A DNA stretch of 64,000 nt, from IMG/VR virus record IMGVR_UViG_3300008113_000015, positions 1 to 64,000 of that record. One strand, given 5' to 3'. Below, in pieces: positions 37,550-47,015 of this stretch. The position numbers were made by a program, and so were the translations under genes. The DNA is from an uncultured virus (IMG/VR IMGVR_UViG_3300008113_000015) (lineage: Duplodnaviria; Heunggongvirae; Uroviricota; Caudoviricetes). The notes under the pieces were generated by a model. It was not told the DNA's origin. It did not search any database and saw nothing but the letters and a program-made list of their open reading frames with translations. Positions within the stretch are counted from its first letter, which is position 1. Each line of letters opens with the position of its first letter.

Positions 37550-38918
37550 TGGGAACAAAAATCATGGATTGGTGTAAACTAACGCCTGTGTCAATTTTAT
37601 TGCAAATTGTTGCAAACTGTTCTTGATCAGATTCATTTAGTACATTATACAATCTTTGATTGTACTTTGTAAAGTCCATTTTTGTTTTTTGATCAAAATA
37701 TGCGGTATGATTAAGATATTTTTTCCAGAGTTGATCATTGTCAGGTGCTGTATCTAGTTCGCCAATGGTAGTCACAATAAAATTATAAATGCCGCGCATT
37801 TGATCTGGCCATTGTTTGAAAATTCTATGATCTAAACACTGTTGTAGCTTTTTGGCCAATTCAGGTCTATACCGTTGTGGCAGGGCCTGTACATCAAGAT
37901 GTTCAGTCTGATCTACTAAATTGGCAGCATAATTATGAAATACAAAACCACGCTGTTCGTACCAGTTGCACCAGTAATTCAACCAGTCATCAATGTAGAA
38001 TATGTTGTTGAGACTAAACACAGGACTCACTGCACATTTCCAAATGGGACGCATTACCTTGCGACCCTTTACAATGGTCATTTGATTTTTGTAACTGATC
38101 AAGGTATCTAGATTTCGTTCAATTTTTTCAAATCGTGCAGGCCAACGAATGTAGCTGTAGTTTTCTCCCACCGAGTCTATGCTGAGCAGAATATCCACAC
38201 TTTTGAAACGGCTTAACAATTCCATTAGTTCATCTCTGGGGTTCACTGTCATGGCAGTAGTCAGTCTGAGATTGATTTTTTCAGCGATGCCTTGCTCGCA
38301 CATCCAACTCAATAACTTGGTCATGCCCGGCTGAATCAGTGTTTCGCCACCAATGAAATGCACAAAAAAATGTTGATACCTGTTGTGTTTTTGCATGATA
38401 GCATTGGTTATAAAATCCCAATGCTGCTCGCTGTCGCTGATGTCAGTTTCAAAAAATTCATTGACTACGTTGTTGGTAATTCTAGCAAAGGTACTGCTTT
38501 CAAAAGGACTACAACTACGACAACTGAGATTACACAAATTACTGAATTTGATTCTAACTTCGAACTCTGCTACCTGTTTGCTCTTGATAAAATGTCCCAG
38601 CCGATCCTGCGGCATTTCAACAAAGCTGCGCAGTCGTTCACTTTGTCCACCATTGGTTTCTTCTTTAAGACAGTGCCTGCAAGCATCGGGCCATTGACCC
38701 TGTGCTTGTTGTTGCTTAATTTCAACAAAAGGATCTGAACCTTTGCTGGGCACAAACAATGCCGCATCTAGATTGCAACAGCAGGTCTGAAATATTTGAT
38801 TTTTTGAAAACTCGCTGTGACGAATGTCAAGTGTGACATAGGGTGCTGGGCACAGTGCAGGATGTTCTTGCGCCCAGGCCATGCGTTTGTGCAAGGCCTG
38901 TTGAATGATATCACTCAT
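37536..38918 (-). CDS. radical SAM protein with N-terminal Cys-rich domain
   Basis: CNLSCRSC, GGET, YIRWP. Confidence 0.9.
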   Translation of the reverse strand: MSDIIQQALHKRMAWAQEHPALCPAPYVTLDIRHSEFSKNQIFQTCCCNLDAALFVPSKGSDPFVEIKQQQAQGQWPDACRHCLKEETNGGQSERLRSFVEMPQDRLGHFIKSKQVAEFEVRIKFSNLCNLSCRSCSPFESSTFARITNNVVNEFFETDISDSEQHWDFITNAIMQKHNRYQHFFVHFIGGETLIQPGMTKLLSWMCEQGIAEKINLRLTTAMTVNPRDELMELLSRFKSVDILLSIDSVGENYSYIRWPARFEKIERNLDTLISYKNQMTIVKGRKVMRPIWKCAVSPVFSLNNIFYIDDWLNYWCNWYEQRGFVFHNYAANLVDQTEHLDVQALPQRYRPELAKKLQQCLDHRIFKQWPDQMRGIYNFIVTTIGELDTAPDNDQLWKKYLNHTAYFDQKTKMDFTKYNQRLYNVLNESDQEQFATICNKIDTGVSLHQSMIFVPNVQS

Positions 38919-39235
38919 ACCCTAAAACTTTCCCCACAACCGCAGCGGTCACGCTCATTGGGATTTCGAAATTCAAATCCTTCGTTCAGTCCGTTGCGCA
39001 CAAAATCAATTTCTGTGCCTTGTACATAAGCACAACTTTTTGGATCTATAAAAACTTTGCAGTCAAGACATTCAACACACTGATCTTCAGGCGCTGGAGA
39101 ATCCACATACTCTAGCACATAGGCCAGTCCTGAGCACCCAGTGGTTTTTACACCAATCCGAACACCAACTCCGTGTCCTCTTCGGTTCAATGTTTGTTGT
39201 ATCTTACGAGCAGCTAAGGGAGTTATTGTTATCAT
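38915..39235 (-). CDS. iscA: Fe-S cluster assembly A-type carrier
   Basis: TTGCSGLAY, NPN...CGCGESF; start corrected. Confidence 0.95.
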   Translation of the reverse strand: MITITPLAARKIQQTLNRRGHGVGVRIGVKTTGCSGLAYVLEYVDSPAPEDQCVECLDCKVFIDPKSCAYVQGTEIDFVRNGLNEGFEFRNPNERDRCGCGESFRV

Positions 39236-40223
39236 CTTTTGTACACCATCTTTTGCACACTGTCGGTTGCTTGTCAGTATTCCAAGATTCAACCAAGCGG
39301 TCAAACCAGGCAATAGCCGACTCTACCCCCACTGTAGGGCCATGGTTGCCATGTACATACTCACGTAATTCTGTGTTCCAGACCTGTAGAGCATTATGGT
39401 TGTGATACTGTTGAGGGTTGTGCCCTGTCCAACAACAGGGATACACATATCCATCAGATGCCACATAAACACTGCGTTCACGCACAGCCCAACAGTCAAT
39501 GTTCACTTTTTTGCTGTCTGTGTATTTTGGCATTTCAGTAACCACTTTGACAATTTGATCTTGTATAAATTGATCGTTGACTTGGTCAGGATATTGCCAG
39601 TCAGTTCGTATTGAAAAAATTTTGTTTCCTTTGCGATCGTAACTGGGACCGTTGTTTCGATCTGTTTCGCGTTCTTCTAGCCACATAAATCCTAGGTCCT
39701 TGGCCATTTGATACATTTCAGGTAATTGTGGTCGATTGTGATCAAACACATTGGCCATCCATATTGCCTGACCGCCTGCATCAATAAAAGTTTTAGCATT
39801 GCGTATCACGTTTTCAAACACAGTGTCTTGACGATATAAACTGTGAGTGTCTGACAGACCATCAATGCCAAATATACCAAATACTCTGAGCTTGGCCAAT
39901 CCTCTCCAGAATTCTTTGTCTCGGGCGCCACCGTTGGTGTGCACTCTTATGCTCATGTCCGGGTTGGCCTGTCTCATGTAGGCAATGATATCCAGGGTTT
40001 CTGGATTCATTATTGCGTCGCCAAAGTTACCATTGATGATAGCAATGTGAACCCTACTGAGTCGGGTCAGCGAAAATATTTTTTTAAAATCTTCAAGGCT
40101 GAGATTGGTCTCAGTGTATCCCATGTTATAAGGATATCCTAAAAAATTTCTAGGACAGAAAGAGCATCTAGCGTTACAAAGTGAGCTTAACTCTAGATGC
40201 AAATGATTGATTTCATATTGCAT
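39204..40223 (-). CDS. radical SAM protein with C-terminal SPASM/twitch domain
   Basis: CNARCSFC, GNFGD, HTNG, YPCCW, CKRWC. Confidence 0.9.
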   Translation of the reverse strand: MQYEINHLHLELSSLCNARCSFCPRNFLGYPYNMGYTETNLSLEDFKKIFSLTRLSRVHIAIINGNFGDAIMNPETLDIIAYMRQANPDMSIRVHTNGGARDKEFWRGLAKLRVFGIFGIDGLSDTHSLYRQDTVFENVIRNAKTFIDAGGQAIWMANVFDHNRPQLPEMYQMAKDLGFMWLEERETDRNNGPSYDRKGNKIFSIRTDWQYPDQVNDQFIQDQIVKVVTEMPKYTDSKKVNIDCWAVRERSVYVASDGYVYPCCWTGHNPQQYHNHNALQVWNTELREYVHGNHGPTVGVESAIAWFDRLVESWNTDKQPTVCKRWCTKDDNNNSLSCS

Positions 40224-40233
40224 CCCATACTTA

Positions 40234-40623
40234 TCAAGCCAGTTTGGCCTGTGCTCGTTGTTTGTAGTTTTCTACTGCCGCTTTGATGGCATCTTCTGCA
40301 AGTATTGAACAGTGAATTTTAACAGGGGGGAGGGCAAGCTCATCAGCAATCTCGCTATTTTTAATCGCTGCCGCTTCGTCAAGTGTGCGTCCTTTGACCC
40401 ATTCAGTAACCAGCGAACTCGACGCAATCGCTGAGCCACAACCATACGTTTTAAATCTTGCATCTGTGATTACTCCGTCTTTTACTTTTATTTGTAACTT
40501 CATCACATCACCGCAGGCAGGTGCTCCTACCATGCCAGTACCTACGTCTTCGTCGCTCTTGTCAAACGATCCCACATTGCGTGGATTTTCGTAATGGTCT
40601 ACAACTTGATTGGAATATGCCAT
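40234..40623 (-). CDS. iscU: Fe-S cluster scaffold
   Basis: DHYENPRNVG, APACGD, GCGSAIAS, LPPVKIHCS. Confidence 0.97.
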   Translation of the reverse strand: MAYSNQVVDHYENPRNVGSFDKSDEDVGTGMVGAPACGDVMKLQIKVKDGVITDARFKTYGCGSAIASSSLVTEWVKGRTLDEAAAIKNSEIADELALPPVKIHCSILAEDAIKAAVENYKQRAQAKLA

Positions 40624-40635
40624 ATAGAATTCTGA

Positions 40636-41055
40636 TCAATCAAAAGTTTGGCTAAACAATCTACCACGATATCTAAAAGTCACTGTTTCGCCTCGTTGTG
40701 TCACAACAGGTACAGACTCACACACAGTTCGGTGACTGATTCCGCCAGGATGAGAGTCTCCACGACCGGCTTGATACCCTACTACCCCGCCTACCACAGT
40801 GGCTATATCGCGTCCAGAGCCGCCGCCAATCTGGTTGCCAATTGCGGCACCAGCAATGGCTCCCAACACACCACCTGCGGCATTGCCCGATGAGTATGGA
40901 GTTTGCACAGCAATCTCGCGGCATTGTTGTTGATATGTAGTGATCATGCGTGGTTCAACACGCACAATTTCTGCGGTACCATAACTGTTGTATTGGGCCA
41001 TGGCCAATGGGGCAGCGGCTGCAAATAGAGTAAACAAAATTGCCAAACGGGTCAT
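40636..41055 (-). CDS. secreted glycine-zipper (2TM) protein
   Basis: Signal peptide; GGVLGAIAGAAIGNQIGGGSG. Confidence 0.8.
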   Translation of the reverse strand: MTRLAILFTLFAAAAPLAMAQYNSYGTAEIVRVEPRMITTYQQQCREIAVQTPYSSGNAAGGVLGAIAGAAIGNQIGGGSGRDIATVVGGVVGYQAGRGDSHPGGISHRTVCESVPVVTQRGETVTFRYRGRLFSQTFD

Positions 41056-41129
41056 ACAGTTCTCCAGAAGTTAGTGTACATACTATACACTATTTAACAT
41101 TTTGTGTCAACGTTAGTTGACCAATTTGA

Positions 41130-41489
41130 TTAGACGCTGCGGTCTCGATTCATTGCCGATTTGGCCGCACTGGCCACAATGTCCTGTGCCTTGTTTACAG
41201 GCATTGTAACAGGTTCAGGTTGTCCAGCGCCTTTGAATATAATTTCATCAGAATTGGGCTGCATTGGTTCTAGTACTGAACTCAATGGAGGCTGTCCAAC
41301 AATTTCTTCTATGTTATAAGGAGTTATGTTAATGTCTAAACTTTGTGCCAAGCTAATAAAAGCGTCTTTGCTGATTTGTCCACGAGAGTTGGTGTCCCTG
41401 GCACGACCGGCCAGGAACTGTACCAGACCCAATAATTCATCTGGTCGCGGTGTGCTGGCCTCAGCACCGGCAAACTCTCTAAGTCGCAT
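41130..41489 (-). CDS. hypothetical protein (putative head-associated)
   Basis: Late-gene cluster. Confidence 0.6.
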   Translation of the reverse strand: MRLREFAGAEASTPRPDELLGLVQFLAGRARDTNSRGQISKDAFISLAQSLDINITPYNIEEIVGQPPLSSVLEPMQPNSDEIIFKGAGQPEPVTMPVNKAQDIVASAAKSAMNRDRSV

Positions 41490-42388
41490 TATCGTTTGGC
41501 TCGGCCCAGCGCAGCTGGTGCAGGTTCCATACCTGGTTCAGCCATGGCAGGATCTACAGGCATTTCGGCGCCCATGTCAGCACCAGCAGCGGCAGCCATG
41601 TCTCCTGCGGCAGCGCCCATGTCAGCACCAGCAGCGGCCATATCAGCACCGGCTGGTGGCATAGCAGCAGGTTGGCCAGTTACAACACCAAGGGCAGAAT
41701 CAAGCTGTTGCTTGGCACCTTGGATGTTCTGCAACAGACCTGTGAGAGCGGCTGTGGCATCTTGATTAAACTGTGTGGCTTGGTCTATGCCAACTTGATT
41801 CTTGATCGAGTCAACCAGAGCTGGTAGTTCTTTGAACTGTAGTTCGCTTACATCTTCGACCATGCTTTGCATCTTGTCGACCATGTCTTGAGCAGCCAAC
41901 ACAACTTGAGCCTGTTGAATTTCGCTTTCGTTCAAACGGCGTGCCATTTTGCGGAAACGGCTTTCGGCCTGCATCATTGCAGCACCGGCCACTAACTTTT
42001 GTTCTTCAGGATTCAATGTTTGGCCAGCTTGACTCTTCTTAAGAGCTGCTGCCAACTTAGGATCTTTAGCAATAGCACCTTGCACCGCAGGTTTTTGTGC
42101 GGCTCCTGGCGTTGTTCCTGTTGCCGGCGCTGGAGTTGTTTGTGTTTGTTGCTGTGCTACCAAAGCCTGCTCAAGCATGACCAGCTTGAGATATCCAGGA
42201 TTTTTCTCACTGTGATGACGAGCGGTGCCCGAACGATGTTCAGCTAGCAGCCCACGAACACGAGTCAGTAGATGCTGTGTTTGACGACGGTTTAGGTTGT
42301 CAAACTGAATGGTAGAGCCAAAATAACTTTCGAATACTTTAGCAATTTGTTTTGTTGGCTGTGGTGCGGCCAGTTCGTGCAGTTTCAT
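41489..42388 (-). CDS. hypothetical protein (scaffold/core-like)
   Basis: Low-complexity A/G/M/P tail; TAAATA at 42412-42417. Confidence 0.6.
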   Translation of the reverse strand: MKLHELAAPQPTKQIAKVFESYFGSTIQFDNLNRRQTQHLLTRVRGLLAEHRSGTARHHSEKNPGYLKLVMLEQALVAQQQTQTTPAPATGTTPGAAQKPAVQGAIAKDPKLAAALKKSQAGQTLNPEEQKLVAGAAMMQAESRFRKMARRLNESEIQQAQVVLAAQDMVDKMQSMVEDVSELQFKELPALVDSIKNQVGIDQATQFNQDATAALTGLLQNIQGAKQQLDSALGVVTGQPAAMPPAGADMAAAGADMGAAAGDMAAAAGADMGAEMPVDPAMAEPGMEPAPAALGRAKR

Positions 42389-42836
42389 TTGCAAATCCTT
42401 TTAGTTGCCAATATTTAGCCGAATTTAAACATTTTTCTAATTCAGAATCTAGCATATTGAAGTAATCAATTTTGCGTTGAATCTTGGTGTTTACAGACTC
42501 TGCAAAGTCTGCGTTTCGGCTATGATTAGCTAGTTGTTGTCGGCAGTGAATATCCGCTGCCAAACTCTGACGTTTGTTGTCCAATATTTGTATGTTACGG
42601 GCTAGTGCATATCTTTGTAGTCGATCCGCTACGCACCAACTCATAGCCACACGTTTGCTGCCAAAAACTACAGTTTCGTTGTTTTTGACTTGAACAACAA
42701 CATGTTCTTTTTTAGGTATGATTCTGTATTTGCCAAAAGCTGTGTAGCCGCCTGAACCGTCAGGTACAATCAGTTTGTCTTGCAACTGTTTGATTTCACG
42801 ATCAGCAAACTTTTCTAGCTTTTGTGTACGATTCAT
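42339..42836 (-). CDS. hypothetical protein
   Basis: Start corrected to MNRTQK. Confidence 0.65.
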   Translation of the reverse strand: MNRTQKLEKFADREIKQLQDKLIVPDGSGGYTAFGKYRIIPKKEHVVVQVKNNETVVFGSKRVAMSWCVADRLQRYALARNIQILDNKRQSLAADIHCRQQLANHSRNADFAESVNTKIQRKIDYFNMLDSELEKCLNSAKYWQLKGFANETARTGRTTANKTNC

Positions 42837-43096
42837 ACTATTACATAAGTTGTGATTAACCAGGCCACAGTAGCAGTCAATGCACCGATGATACCTATGC
42901 CCCAACCAATGAGCTGATTGTTTCTTTTTTCTGACATCTCATGTATGGCATTTTTGATAGCCTCAACAGACTGAGATAAATTCTCAATCTTTTCGTCTAG
43001 AGTTTCCAGTTTGGTTTCTAGCAAACGGTAACGTTCAGCGCACAGTTCAACGTGCGCTTCTAGACTTTTCTTTTCAATGTCAGTGGTATCAGGCAT
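42833..43096 (-). CDS. coiled-coil protein with C-terminal TM segment
   Basis: HVELCAERY coiled coil plus hydrophobic tail. Confidence 0.65.
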   Translation of the reverse strand: MPDTTDIEKKSLEAHVELCAERYRLLETKLETLDEKIENLSQSVEAIKNAIHEMSEKRNNQLIGWGIGIIGALTATVAWLITTYVIV

Positions 43097-43532
43097 ATGG
43101 TCCGTCCAATGCTTTATTTATGGGCTCAAACCAAATGTTTGTATCAGGTCCTGAAGTTATCAACACTGTGTTAGACGTCTTGGTTTCTTTGAGTCCTGTG
43201 ATCATTGGCACATTGTCACACTCATTGATCAACGAATCAAAATCGTTTTCCTGTCCACTTAAACTATAGACCAAGGGCTGATCAACTTCAAACTCAAAAT
43301 GCCAAACACCATTGTTGCACTGTGCTGGTGCAATGTCAACTGGCTGTGTTCGCAAACTTATCAATTGATTGATAGTTTCCCAGTTACGTTGTTGATTACG
43401 GCTGAAATTCCAAGACGCTTGATCAGTCACTGGTTGACCCGCCTTGTCTTTAAACGGCATGCTAGAAGTTCTATAATGACCAGTGACACCTGTTGGACTG
43501 CAATCAAACAAGGTCTTACATAATATTTTCAT
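43089..43532 (-). CDS. hypothetical protein
   Basis: TLFD..PTG, RNQQRNWET. Confidence 0.7.
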   Translation of the reverse strand: MKILCKTLFDCSPTGVTGHYRTSSMPFKDKAGQPVTDQASWNFSRNQQRNWETINQLISLRTQPVDIAPAQCNNGVWHFEFEVDQPLVYSLSGQENDFDSLINECDNVPMITGLKETKTSNTVLITSGPDTNIWFEPINKALDGPYA

Positions 43533-43552
43533 TCTACAGGTATTTAACGGCC

Positions 43553-43590
43553 AACAAAAAACCCAGGATATTTCTAACCTGGGTTTTGTT
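43553..43590 (-). terminator. intrinsic terminator
   Basis: AAAACCCAGG/CCTGGGTTTT stem. Confidence 0.75.
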
Positions 43591-43606
43591 GTTAATCAGT
43601 GATTGA

Positions 43607-44008
43607 TTAGGTCGATAGCTTGAAGCCAACGCTTGTGCAGCTATCTAACTGATAACCTGTGTAGGTAATGTTAGCAGCAGCCAAGAACACAGCGGCGCTG
43701 GTGTTAGTTGTAGCATTAGCAAAAGCGCCGGTTGGGTATGTAGCGAAGCTCAATACTGTACCGTCAACTTGATACATAGCGATTGTAGCAGTTTGTTGGA
43801 TAGCGTTGATAACGTTAGCAACATACTCTTGCACGCCTTGTTGTGACACAACAGTAGTGTTAGCAACAGCGCGGAAGAAGTCCAGTTTAGGACCAGCAGG
43901 TTGAACTGGAGTAGCAGCGGTAGATGCAGAAGCAGCTACAGGACCGTTTTGTACGTCAAGTGCAAATACTGGTTGTACGTCACCATTTACAGGGGTAATA
44001 TAAGCCAT
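43607..44008 (-). CDS. probable abundant virion protein
   Basis: Monocistronic: TAAATA (44051-44056), AAGGA RBS, terminator; Ala/Thr/Val-rich. Confidence 0.6.
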   Translation of the reverse strand: MAYITPVNGDVQPVFALDVQNGPVAASASTAATPVQPAGPKLDFFRAVANTTVVSQQGVQEYVANVINAIQQTATIAMYQVDGTVLSFATYPTGAFANATTNTSAAVFLAAANITYTGYQLDSCTSVGFKLST

Positions 44009-44071
44009 TTTAATTTTCCTTTAAGTTTGTGGTCTCGGTGGACCTGCTTTTATTTAGCCTTTTGGCAAAAA

Positions 44072-45961
44072 TCAAGCACCTTGAGGGTTATTTCTCTGTC
44101 GATTTTGAGCAGCAAAAGCATTGGGATCAAAGCGATTTACTGCCTTAGCATAGCCTGCAGGAGTGGCCATTACCCAGCCTTCTTGCCCGGGATGCTCTAG
44201 ATCTGCTTGACGCAAGATGTCCATCTTTAAATCGTGCAACAATAAGAATGCAGTAAATGCCGCTGCCAATGCAGGTGTATTTGAGCTAGGACTTTCTAAG
44301 TATTCTACAATGTTGCGGAACTTACTGGGTGTTACTTTGCGTTGCAACCATTCGCCGAACTCGGGCAATAGTGTATTAGGATTCAATGGAGTACCAACCT
44401 TGGTGTTGATATAGTCCACACATAACTTGGCAAGGTCAGTGATCCGGTGTGCTCGTAGTTCTGTAGGATTAAACAGAGTAGAGATGGCAGCACCATCTGT
44501 GCGAATCAACTGTTTGAGTTGTTTTACTTTGGCAGGTTCCGCAGACAGTGCCGAGGGCGTCGCAGGACGCTCTAACATCAAGCCCGGAACTTCGTTAAAT
44601 GCTACACCTTTGAGAGGCTGACGTGCATCTCCTGCATCCGAGTACATGCTATGTACAGCGATACCAATATCACTGTTTCCAATGCGTTGCCCTAAGTTAC
44701 TTCGAGCTGGAATTTTATACTCAATAGTGTTAGGTTGAAACACATAATTGCCTGCGATTTCTGGGGGTGTGTTTGCGTACAGCAAATCACCTTTGACATA
44801 GCCACGGAAGTTGGGAGGTAAACTAGCTTCTAGTACAGGGAACAACTTTGTGTACAAGTTAATAATGCCAGTGCGATCGCCTTTTCTGGTGTTTTGAATC
44901 TGTGCCATCATTTGAGGACTAGTAGCAAGGCCATCGTAGCCCTTGGCTTCAAATCCTGATCCGTCAGTTAACACAAACTCGCCTGTGGAGGGTTTACGAC
45001 CCCAGATTATAGCAGGCATACCGTCCCATTTGGCAGTGGTGGTTTTTGCAGGTGATTCAGTGGCATGCTTGACAATTTCTAGTGCTCGCTGAATGCCAGC
45101 TGTGCCTTCTCGAAATACCCAGTCTTCAAGATGTTCAATGCCCTTGGCACGGCCACCTACACTGGCCTGTTCAGCTTCCAGTATGGGTTGCATGCCTTGA
45201 TTTACAATACGATCCCGCAGGCGTCCCAGGAATCCAGCATCGCTTTCCCGCACAGATGTTTGAGGTTCTTTGAGACCTTGTTTGGCCAAATAGTCGCGGA
45301 AATCTCGAAGCATAGCATCACTGTCGGGGTTGTTGGCCAAGGCAGCGTAAATGCTTTCCACACTCTTGAGATTGTTTCTGTTGTAACCTCGCCCTAGAAC
45401 CCATTGAGCAAATTGATCAGGATTTGTGCTGATCACTTCATTGGTTGTTCGATTGAGTACGCCGTTACTGCCTACTTTGAGTCCATGATGTTTGGCCATG
45501 CTGGACCATAGCACAGCACGGTTCATGCCTTTGTATTCGGTATTGTCTGCGCCACCGTAGTAGAACTGTCCCCAATCCAAGTCGGGGAAGAACATAAAAT
45601 CTGTTTGAACAAAACCACGATCTGGATCACCAGCAATGGGAGTTCGAAAATGCACTTCTCCTGCCTTGCGAACATATTCGCGAGGATCTTGTCCTTGACT
45701 TTGCACAAACTGTGTGAGCGTGGCAGCAAGTTGATCCTTGGTAATTTTGTTGGCATCCACACCAAGGTCGAGATCGCCCGAAGTAGGCTTGCGCCCGGTT
45801 GATCCTAGTTGACGTTCTTCAGGAAACTTTAAACCTGTGACTTGTTCAACCCAGGCAATGGTTGCAGGTACGTCAGCTTGGTTGATGCGTTGTGTCAGCG
45901 GCTCACCGTCTTTGCTCTTGAATACGTTACCACCTTCCAACAAAGTTTTCAATAACTTCAT
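44072..45961 (-). CDS. fusion of Pol-beta-type nucleotidyltransferase and RNA-ligase-like domain
   Basis: LGSTGRKPTSGDLD...QTD; KWDG, GDLLY, EGWV, KAVNR. Confidence 0.6.
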   Translation of the reverse strand: MKLLKTLLEGGNVFKSKDGEPLTQRINQADVPATIAWVEQVTGLKFPEERQLGSTGRKPTSGDLDLGVDANKITKDQLAATLTQFVQSQGQDPREYVRKAGEVHFRTPIAGDPDRGFVQTDFMFFPDLDWGQFYYGGADNTEYKGMNRAVLWSSMAKHHGLKVGSNGVLNRTTNEVISTNPDQFAQWVLGRGYNRNNLKSVESIYAALANNPDSDAMLRDFRDYLAKQGLKEPQTSVRESDAGFLGRLRDRIVNQGMQPILEAEQASVGGRAKGIEHLEDWVFREGTAGIQRALEIVKHATESPAKTTTAKWDGMPAIIWGRKPSTGEFVLTDGSGFEAKGYDGLATSPQMMAQIQNTRKGDRTGIINLYTKLFPVLEASLPPNFRGYVKGDLLYANTPPEIAGNYVFQPNTIEYKIPARSNLGQRIGNSDIGIAVHSMYSDAGDARQPLKGVAFNEVPGLMLERPATPSALSAEPAKVKQLKQLIRTDGAAISTLFNPTELRAHRITDLAKLCVDYINTKVGTPLNPNTLLPEFGEWLQRKVTPSKFRNIVEYLESPSSNTPALAAAFTAFLLLHDLKMDILRQADLEHPGQEGWVMATPAGYAKAVNRFDPNAFAAQNRQRNNPQGA

Positions 45962-46692
45962 GGCTTGCCACCTGCCTGCTGTTGTAAACTCTGCATGGCT
46001 TGAGCATGCACAGGATCTTTGGCATTAAAGGGTTGTCCATTTACCAGCCAATTTCCACGTGTGTCTTGCGTGAGTTTTATCTGCCCTTTTTGTTGTGTTT
46101 GGCCGCCACTGCTACGGGGATCAAACTGTGAAATCTGTTTAGCAGGAGCAATGCCATCTCGAACAATGTCAGTCCAGGCAGCAGCCAGTTGTGGGGTGTT
46201 GTTGCCAGGCTTGACTGTGGCGTTCATTACAGCGTCAATGCCTTTGTCAATGGCTTCTTTTGCTGCATCGGCAGCCCCTTTAACTGTGGGGTCATCGCCT
46301 ACTGAATTAGGCAAGCCAGCATAATCTGCGTTGGGCCCAATGGAATTGTTGACCAAAGTCACCAGCTGCGGTTTGATTGCGTTAAAGCTGGCTGGGCTCA
46401 TTGCACTGAGATTGGTAGTTGGATTACCAGCTGCATCCTTGGTCCTGCTCATGAACTCTTGCACAGCTTGAGCCCAAGCAGCTTGTAGTTGTGTGGCCAG
46501 TGGCCCTACCAGTGCTTGATTGGCCTTGAAGGCTGCCATCCTAGAATTGGCGCCAGAGCCAGCTGGATCAAAAGCAGGGCTACCGGTTTGGCTCTGTACA
46601 AACTTGTTGAATCCAGCCTTGGCAATGCCACTGGCTAGTGCACCAACAATTTCGTTAACTCTTTTTGGCTGAGTTATTTCAAAGATTTGCAT
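45958..46692 (-). CDS. hypothetical protein (putative internal virion protein)
   Basis: MQIFEIT..VNE N-terminus. Confidence 0.6.
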   Translation of the reverse strand: MQIFEITQPKRVNEIVGALASGIAKAGFNKFVQSQTGSPAFDPAGSGANSRMAAFKANQALVGPLATQLQAAWAQAVQEFMSRTKDAAGNPTTNLSAMSPASFNAIKPQLVTLVNNSIGPNADYAGLPNSVGDDPTVKGAADAAKEAIDKGIDAVMNATVKPGNNTPQLAAAWTDIVRDGIAPAKQISQFDPRSSGGQTQQKGQIKLTQDTRGNWLVNGQPFNAKDPVHAQAMQSLQQQAGGKP

Positions 46693-46939
46693 CTGTTTTC
46701 CTTACGCTGCGATTGAATTTGCCAGCATCTTTTGTTCTTATTGCATTTAACAATTTTCTTGTGAGATTTTCTGCTTGGTCAGCAGGAAACTCAGCTTCTA
46801 TTTGTTCTACTAAGCGAATAGCAGAAGCGATCACGTTGCTGGCACGATTTTCAATGATCAAGCGACGATCGCGCTGAGCATATTTTTTGTCGTACAAGCC
46901 ATCTAATTCTTCTAAGATGCTGCGAGTTTTTTTCTGCAT
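46679..46939 (-). CDS. hypothetical protein
   Basis: TAAATA at 46958-46963. Confidence 0.65.
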   Translation of the reverse strand: MQKKTRSILEELDGLYDKKYAQRDRRLIIENRASNVIASAIRLVEQIEAEFPADQAENLTRKLLNAIRTKDAGKFNRSVRKTDANL

Positions 46940-47015
46940 TGTTTAGGACCTTTGGATTATTTAGCGGGTTTCCAGTTCTAATAAATATCTAAATGCGTAT
47001 CGCAAAGGAAAACTT

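Noticed and set aside
41500..41660. GC-rich short repeats (GCTGACATGG-type)
   Set aside because: They encode the AGADM low-complexity tail of a protein, not a DNA-level element
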